Of a stretch of DNA of 64,000 nucleotides, positions 57,784 through 64,000 are shown piece by piece. This DNA is from Candidatus Eiseniibacteriota bacterium (lineage in GTDB: Bacteria > Eisenbacteria > RBG-16-71-46 > JABDJR01). The notes under the pieces were generated by a model that saw nothing but the letters and a program-made list of their open reading frames with translations, searched no databases and had not been told where the DNA came from. The stretch's first letter is position 1. Every line of letters begins with the position of its first letter. The translations under genes were made by a program, and so were the position numbers. Location of the stretch: NCBI GenBank assembly GCA_963783375.1, contig CAWANH010000029.1, forward strand, positions 64,001 through 128,000. Reading direction: 5' to 3'.

Positions 57784-60219
57784 GTGGAACCGAACGGCCT
57801 TTTTCTAGGGCGCACCCTCGGGGATCCGGGCGCCCCGATGAGCGTCGATCCCGCCGATCTCACCACGCACGGCGTGGTGGTGGGAATGACCGGGAGCGGG
57901 AAGACCGGTCTCCTGGTGGGGCTCCTGGAGGAGTGCCTCCTGGCCGGGATCCCCGCGGTGGTGGTGGATCCCAAGGGAGATCTGGCCGACCTCTTCCTGA
58001 CCTTTCCGGACCTGGCTCCGGCCGACTTCGCCCCCTGGGTGGACCCCGAAGAGGCGCGGCGGGAGGGGATCGAGCTGGCCGAGTTGGCCGAGCGGACCGC
58101 CGCCCGCTGGCGCGAGGGCGTGTCGCGGGACCCGGGCGGAGTCGACCGCATCCGGCGCCTGCGTGAGGGATCCCACCTCAGGCTCTTCACCCCGGGATCG
58201 GACGCCGGCCTTCCGGTGAACGTGCTCTCCGGGTTCGATCCTCCCGACCTGGACTGGGACACCCAGGCCGAGGTCATCCGGGAGCGGATCTCCGCCGCGG
58301 TCACCGCGCTCCTCACCCGGGCCGGGGAGAACGCCGACCCGCTCCAGAGCCCGGCCCACATCTTCCTGGCCAACCTGTTCGAGGACCGCTGGCGGGCGGG
58401 GGAGCATCCGGGCCTGGCCGAGGTCCTGGGCTACCTCATCCATCCGCCTTTCGCCAAGCTGGGCGTGCTCCATGTCGATACATTCTATCCGCCGGAGAAG
58501 CGGCGTGAGACCGTGGCCCGGCTGAACGCGCTCCTGGCCAGCCCGTCCTTCGCGGCCTGGCAACAAGGTCCGCCTCTCTCCATGAACCGCCTCCTCGCCG
58601 CTCCGGCGGGGAAGACCCCTCTAGCCCTCTTTCATACCTCCCACCTCGGCGAGGAGGACCGGCAGATGTTCGCCACCCTCCTCCTGGGGGAGGTCATCGC
58701 CTGGATGCGTCGCCAGACCGGAACGGGGACGCTTCGCCTGGTGGTGGCCATGGATGAGGTGTGGGGCCTCCTCCCGCCGCATCCCGCCAACCCTCCCACC
58801 AAGGCGCCCATGCTCACCCTGCTCAAGCAGGCGCGCGCCTTCGGCGTCGGCCTGGTGGTGGCCACCCAGAACCCGGTGGATCTCGACTACAAGGCGCTGA
58901 CCAACGCCGGCTTCTGGTGCGTGGGCCGGCTCTCCACCGAGCGGGACAAGGCGCGGCTTCTGGACGGGCTCGACCTGGGAACCGCGGGGAGCACCCGGGG
59001 CGAGGCCGACGCCGCCATCTCCGGCCTGGGGCCCCGGCAGTTCCTGGTGAGAAACGTCCACGACCACGGCGGGAACCGGGTCTTCGCCACCCGATGGGTC
59101 CTCTCCTACCTGCGCGGTCCGATCACCCGGGAGGAAGTTCGCCGGCTGGTCACGCCGGAGGACCGGCGCGCCTGGTCCGGGGTCTCGGAGCCCCGGGCGG
59201 AGCCGGGTCCGGCTCACCGCGACCCGGGGAATGCGGGCGCCGATCTCTCTCCCGCCGCCGCCGCGGAGCCCACTCCGAGCGTTCACTCCCTACCCGCCGG
59301 AATCGACGTCCGCTACCTGGAACCGCGCGCCCTCCAACCCGACCGGCCCGGGGGTGCGGTGGCCGGGGTGCGCCCGGGGCCTCCCCGACGGTATCGTCCG
59401 GGGCTCCTGGGGCGGGCCACGGTGCGGTTCGACGAGGCGCGGGCGGGGCTGGATCTCACCCGGACCGAATGGCGGCTCATCTTCCCGCTCGAAGGCGCCG
59501 GGGGATGGCGCTGGCCGGAAGGGGATGCCCCCGACCTGGAGAACGATCTCTCGGAAGCCCCGGTGCCGGGCGTGCCCACCGACGCGCTCCCTCCCGCCCT
59601 GGAGGAGAAACGGACCTTCTCCGGGTTGGAGCGGGATCTCAAGGAGACGCTCCTCGCCGCGGAGCGGTTCGAGCTCTACCAGGCGCCGGCGCTCAAGCTC
59701 TATTCGGGGGTCGGAGAGACCCGCCAGGCCTTCGAGGCGCGCGTGCGGGCCCAGGTCGAGGACGACGCCGACCGCGAGGCGGCGGGGCTGCGGGAGAAAT
59801 TCCTGGAGAAGCGACGCCGGCTCGAAGAACGGATGGAGAAGGAGGAACTGGACGTCGAGCGGGTCCAGGGCCAGCTCCGCGCCCGGAAGCAGGAGACCCT
59901 GCTGGCCGCGGGGGAGGGCATCCTGGGCATGTTCCTGGGCGGGCGCCGCTCCACCCGGGTCCTGAGCCGCACCCGCTCCAAGCAGCGGATGGCCGGGACC
60001 GCGGCGGCGCGCCTTCGCAAGGAGGAAGCGGACGTGGAAAACGCCCGGGCCGACCTCGCCGCCCTGGAAGCGGAGTTGGAGCGCGAGCTGGGGCGGATCC
60101 GAGCCGCCCATCAGGCGAAGGCGAAGGAGATTCGGAGCGTGCCGGTGAGCCTGGAGCGGAACGACGTGCGGGTGGACGCGGTGATGCTGCTTTGGGTGCC
60201 GGACGCGGCCGGCGCCTGA
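57784..60219 (+). CDS. HerA/FtsK-superfamily (DUF87-like) ATPase with coiled-coil C-terminus
   Basis: LTTHGVVVGMTGSGKT, VDPKGD, MDEVWG, LKQARAFGVG..ATQNPVDLDYK; C-terminal heptad-rich helices. Confidence 0.88.
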   Translation: MEPNGLFLGRTLGDPGAPMSVDPADLTTHGVVVGMTGSGKTGLLVGLLEECLLAGIPAVVVDPKGDLADLFLTFPDLAPADFAPWVDPEEARREGIELAELAERTAARWREGVSRDPGGVDRIRRLREGSHLRLFTPGSDAGLPVNVLSGFDPPDLDWDTQAEVIRERISAAVTALLTRAGENADPLQSPAHIFLANLFEDRWRAGEHPGLAEVLGYLIHPPFAKLGVLHVDTFYPPEKRRETVARLNALLASPSFAAWQQGPPLSMNRLLAAPAGKTPLALFHTSHLGEEDRQMFATLLLGEVIAWMRRQTGTGTLRLVVAMDEVWGLLPPHPANPPTKAPMLTLLKQARAFGVGLVVATQNPVDLDYKALTNAGFWCVGRLSTERDKARLLDGLDLGTAGSTRGEADAAISGLGPRQFLVRNVHDHGGNRVFATRWVLSYLRGPITREEVRRLVTPEDRRAWSGVSEPRAEPGPAHRDPGNAGADLSPAAAAEPTPSVHSLPAGIDVRYLEPRALQPDRPGGAVAGVRPGPPRRYRPGLLGRATVRFDEARAGLDLTRTEWRLIFPLEGAGGWRWPEGDAPDLENDLSEAPVPGVPTDALPPALEEKRTFSGLERDLKETLLAAERFELYQAPALKLYSGVGETRQAFEARVRAQVEDDADREAAGLREKFLEKRRRLEERMEKEELDVERVQGQLRARKQETLLAAGEGILGMFLGGRRSTRVLSRTRSKQRMAGTAAARLRKEEADVENARADLAALEAELERELGRIRAAHQAKAKEIRSVPVSLERNDVRVDAVMLLWVPDAAGA

Positions 60220-60249
60220 ACGGGCCGCGGGTGGGCTTCCAGCTCGCGT

Positions 60250-60519
60250 CTAGCTCGCGTTCTCCTTGGAGTGCGTGCTCTCGGGAGCCGGAGGGGCCTC
60301 CCGGCGGGGGGCGGTGGAGGCCGGGTCACGACGGCGCGCGTTTCGGCCCGGATCCTCGTCCCGGAGGTTCAGATCGTCCTCGATGTCCCGGGTGGCGCGC
60401 TTGAAATCGCGGATGCCCCGGCCGAGTCCCCGAGCGATCTCCGGAATCCGGTTTGCTCCGAAGAGGAGGAGGACGATCAGGAAGATGATCATGAGTTCCT
60501 GGGCGCCGATTCCGAACAT
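60250..60519 (-). CDS. tatA: Twin-arginine translocase TatA/TatE
   Basis: [40 protein letters not shown]. Confidence 0.95.
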   Translation of the reverse strand: MFGIGAQELMIIFLIVLLLFGANRIPEIARGLGRGIRDFKRATRDIEDDLNLRDEDPGRNARRRDPASTAPRREAPPAPESTHSKENAS

Positions 60520-60625
60520 GAATGCTCCCTTCGGGGCCGTAAGGGCCCGCTCGAACCGCACGTTTCCCGTCCTCTGCCCGTCCAACCCGCGAGTTTAGCA
60601 CAACCTCGTCCGGACCGCCGGTCGG

Positions 60626-61126
60626 TTAACCGCGCTCGATACCCGTCGGATCCGCGGCGGAGTCCGGCGCGTCCGGCCGACGCCGCTCGACGCGCCATCG
60701 TGCCACGTCGGCCAGGATCTTCCGGTGATCGAAAGCGATGGGGGAGGGCAGCCGGTCGGCAGGGAAGAAGCGCGCGTCCGCGGCATCGTCCCCGCCCCGG
60801 GGCGTGCCCTCGGCCCGGACCAGGAACACCACCGTGACCGTGGGGTGGCGGGGATCGCGGGCGGGATCGGAATAGACGTGGAACTGCATGAGTTCCCGCG
60901 CGCGGAGTCCGGTCTCTTCCCGGAGTTCGCGGGCCGCCGCCGCCTCCACCGTCTCCCCCGGATCCACGAAGCCCCCGGGCAGGGCCCAGCCCCCGGGCTC
61001 GTTCTTCCGCTCGACCAGGAGCGTCTCGCCGCGATCGTTTTCCACCACCGCGTCCACGGTGAGCCGCGGCTGATCGAACCGGTCGAGTTGCCGCCCGCAG
61101 TGGGGACAGACCAGGCGCTCGCCCAT
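60626..61126 (-). CDS. NUDIX hydrolase (ADP-ribose pyrophosphatase-like)
   Basis: [43 protein letters not shown]. Confidence 0.93.
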   Translation of the reverse strand: MGERLVCPHCGRQLDRFDQPRLTVDAVVENDRGETLLVERKNEPGGWALPGGFVDPGETVEAAAARELREETGLRARELMQFHVYSDPARDPRHPTVTVVFLVRAEGTPRGGDDAADARFFPADRLPSPIAFDHRKILADVARWRVERRRPDAPDSAADPTGIERG

Positions 61127-61132
61127 GCGGAG

Positions 61133-61681
61133 CTACCCCGCCAGGAGTTCGGCGACCCGGAACAGCGGCCGGAACTCCACCTCGTGCTCGGCGCAGGCCG
61201 CGTCCCCTCCCTGCTCCCGGTCCACCACGCAGACCAGGCGCGGCACCTTGGCGCCTTCGCCGCGGGCCACGGCCAGCGCCCGGAGCACCGAACCTCCGGT
61301 GGTCACCACGTCCTCCACCAGCGCCACCGTCCCGCCCACCGGGAAGTGACCCTCGATGAGCTTGGCGGTGCCGTGTCCCTTGGCTTCCTTCCGCACCAGG
61401 AAGGTCGGAAGCGGCCGTCCGCGCCGGAAGCTCTCCGCGGCGATGGCCCCCACCAGGGGAGCCGCCCCGAGGACCGGCCCCCCCACCGCGCTCAGCTCCA
61501 GGTCGTCCAGCTCGTCGAGGATCAGCTCGGCGCAAAGCGCCGCCCCTTCGGGGTGCATGCTGGTGCGGCGGACGTCCAGGTAGAACGAGCTCTTGGCCCC
61601 GGAGGCGAGGGTGAAGTCGCCCCGCATGAGGCTTTCCCGGACCAGGATTTCCTTCAATCGGCGGCGGGCTTCGGCGGACAT
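61133..61681 (-). CDS. pyrE: Orotate phosphoribosyltransferase
   Basis: GDFTLASG..S.FYLD, VRKEAKGHG...IEG, VEDVVTTGGS, VDRE. Confidence 0.95.
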   Translation of the reverse strand: MSAEARRRLKEILVRESLMRGDFTLASGAKSSFYLDVRRTSMHPEGAALCAELILDELDDLELSAVGGPVLGAAPLVGAIAAESFRRGRPLPTFLVRKEAKGHGTAKLIEGHFPVGGTVALVEDVVTTGGSVLRALAVARGEGAKVPRLVCVVDREQGGDAACAEHEVEFRPLFRVAELLAG

Positions 61682-61708
61682 CGGGACCTCCTCGTAAAGC
61701 GTCTCGCC

Positions 61709-61737
61709 AAGCTAAGCCGCTCTCCGGCCCCCGTCAA
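61709..61737 (-). promoter_or_regulatory. Putative sigma70 promoter for pyrE-NUDIX
   Basis: TTGACG-17 bp-TAGCTT on the minus strand. Confidence 0.5.
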
Positions 61738-61869
61738 GACCCGGCGCCGCCGGCGCGAGCGGTGACCTGCCCCGCCGGATGGTCTAAACTTGTTCCCATG
61801 CAATCCGCGGGTCGCGCGCGTCGCGCTGTACGGGGAGGGTGGCGGTCCGCGCCGGGTCGCGGTGTCCGC

Positions 61870-64000
61870 ATGCTCCGAGGCCTCGGGGTGCCGGCGCTGG
61901 CGCTTCTGGTTTTCCTGGGCGCCGTTTCCCCCGCCGCCCGCGCCGCCGCCGCCGACGAGGTCCCCGGCCGGCTGGTGCTCGAGCTGACCGACGCCGCGGC
62001 CAGGGCGCTTCGGGCCGGCACCCTGGATCTCCCGATCCCGGTGGGGGGGAGGCGCTGGAGCCGCACCTGGAGCCGTTGTTCCGGAATGCCTCCCCGCGGC
62101 TTCGCCGCTACGCCCTTCTCACCTTCCATGCCGGGCGCGTCCCCGATCCGAGCGGCTTGAACCGCGAATGGCTGGACGCCTTGTCGGTCTCTCCCGAGGT
62201 GGTGCGCGGGGAGCCGGACCGGGTGATGGGGATGTCCGCCCTCCCCGACGACCCGTATCTCCTGGGCGACGGTGGGCTCCCGCGACAGCTCAATCTGGTG
62301 AACCCCGGCGGGCCGTCCCTGGCGGCGTCGCGGGCCTGGCCCTTCGTTCCCGCCGGCCGCACCGTCACCGTGGCCATCATCGACAGCGGGGTGGACTGGA
62401 GGCACCCGGACCTGGGCGGCCCCGATCCTCCCGGCACCGGCGTGTTCTGGGTCAACGTGGCCGAACGGGACGGCGTCGCCGGCGTGGACGACGACGGGAA
62501 CGGGTACGTGGACGATTTCATCGGGTGGGACTTCGTGGATCTTCCCCGCGATCTTGGCGGGACCCCGGTGAACCCCGGCGAGGACGCGGCCACCGAGGAC
62601 AACGACCCCTCCGACTTCGCCGGACACGGGACGCTGGTGGCCGGCTTCGTGAACGCCCTCACCGGAAACGGAGTCGGAATCGCCGGGGCCGCCCCTCCGG
62701 CCCGGATCATGGCGCTCCGGTGCGGATGGAAGGCCACGACCTCGACCCAGCTCGAGGCCTCGATCTACATGACCTACTGCGCGCGCGCTCTCCACTACGC
62801 GGCGGTGAACGGCGCCCGGGTCGTCAACTGCTCCTGGGATAGCCAGGATGTCCTGGGGCTCGGGGCGGCCGTCGACGAGGCGGTCATCGACTACGGGGTG
62901 GTGATCGTGGGGTCGGCGGGGAACCAGGGCACCTCGACGCCGGTCTACCCCTACCTCCAATACGTCGCCCAGCGAACCGACTGCCTGGGGGTCGCGGGGG
63001 TGCTGAGTTCCGGGGTGAAGGCGGGGGGGAGCAATTTCGGATCCTGGGTCGACGTGAGCGCGTTCTACACCGGGAACCCGAGCACCCTGTTCCGCTACTC
63101 CGACCGGCAGTCCAGCTACGGCGTGTACTCCGGCACCTCCTTCGCCTCCCCCCAGGTGGCGGCCGAGGCCGCGCTCCTTCGCGCGGTGGCCCCCGGCGCG
63201 GACGCGGCCCAGGTCCGGTCATGGATCACCGGCACCGCCGGGAGCCTCGACGATCTCAACCCCGGCTACGTGGGGCTCCTGGGCGCCGGGCTGGCCGACT
63301 ACGCCGCCGCGGTCCAGGCCGCGGGCGGGCGGATGGGACCGCGCGGATCGCCGCCCGGGGACTGGTCCCGTTCACCGCGACCGGAGCCGCCCCCGGCGTG
63401 GCCTACCGGAGCGCCGATTCCGTGGGCGTGGTGGAGACCGCCGGCGGCTTCCACCCTCCGGACTGGGGGCGGTCCCAGATCGCGGCGTTCCCGCCGGAGC
63501 GGCCGCCGCTCCCTGCGGTGGCGACCTGGACGGACGGCGAGGATCTCCTGCTCTGGCGCTCCCCGGGACTGGTCCAGGCCACCCGCGCCCCCGGCCTGCT
63601 CCTCGCCGGCTGGCCGCAACCGGTCCCCGCCGGGGCGGGGGAGCCGATCGTGTGGGGGGGGGACGCCGCCGCGCGGATCTACGTCCCCGCCGCGGACAGC
63701 GTGGTGCTCGTCACCCCCGGCTCCGGGTTCGACGTGGCGGCGACCTCCATCGACCTTCCGGTCTCCTCCCTCGCCGTGGGCCAGCTCGACGCGGACACCG
63801 AACCCGAGCTGGCCGGCCTCGATACCCTGGGAACGCTCCACGTGCTGGATCCCGCCCCCGGCGGCGGCTCCACCGCGTGGGAGGACGCGGTGGGGGCGGG
63901 CCCCCTCCCTCCGGTGATCGGGGAATTCGACGGATCGGGCTTGGGACGGATCGTCGTGGCCGGACCCGACCCCGCCCTGCCCGCCGCCCGCCAGGTCCTC
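61870..64000 (+). CDS. Secreted S8 subtilase with downstream FG-GAP-like region; two frameshifts; runs off the window
   Basis: Signal peptide from ATG 61870; frame change at G7 62043-62049; triad VAIIDSG, GHGT, SGTSFASP; second frame change near 63330 into LAVGQLDADTEPELA. Confidence 0.85.

Overview
GC-rich bacterial chromosomal segment. The gene content (many signal-peptide proteins ending in a FlgD-Ig/T9SS-type-A-like C-terminal domain, C25 peptidases, a 'GIPD' dockerin-like protein) suggests an FCB-superphylum lineage such as Ca. Eisenbacteria, Krumholzibacteriota or Latescibacterota; this is inference only. Housekeeping genes: uvrA (partial), rarA, gltX-glnS-tRNA-Gln(CTG)-tRNA-Glu(CTC), a fused E2-E1 2-oxoglutarate dehydrogenase (Kgd/OdhA type), a RapA-like helicase, fdx-tkt-thyA-folA, sfsA, mscS, a glpD-like gene, tatA, a NUDIX hydrolase and pyrE. 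They are interspersed with a large secreted proteolytic repertoire: two tandem gingipain-like C25 proteases, an HExxH/lamin-tail protein, an S8 subtilase, an S9 peptidase and a stand-alone propeptide-like lipoprotein. Most notable uncharacterised items: (i) a small secreted protein whose predicted mature N-terminus (GIPD) matches the T-GVP(D) motif preceding the C-terminal sorting domain of two large secreted proteins, lying next to twin C25 enzymes (hypothesis: sortase-like transpeptidation onto a protein anchor); (ii) a PspA-less helical protein/SPFH/zinc-ribbon operon followed by a sigma54 two-component system; (iii) a 45-bp AT-rich synonymous patch inside the RapA-like gene. Several frameshifts, mostly at G-runs, look like long-read errors. 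No CRISPR array, IS, integrase or rRNA was seen.
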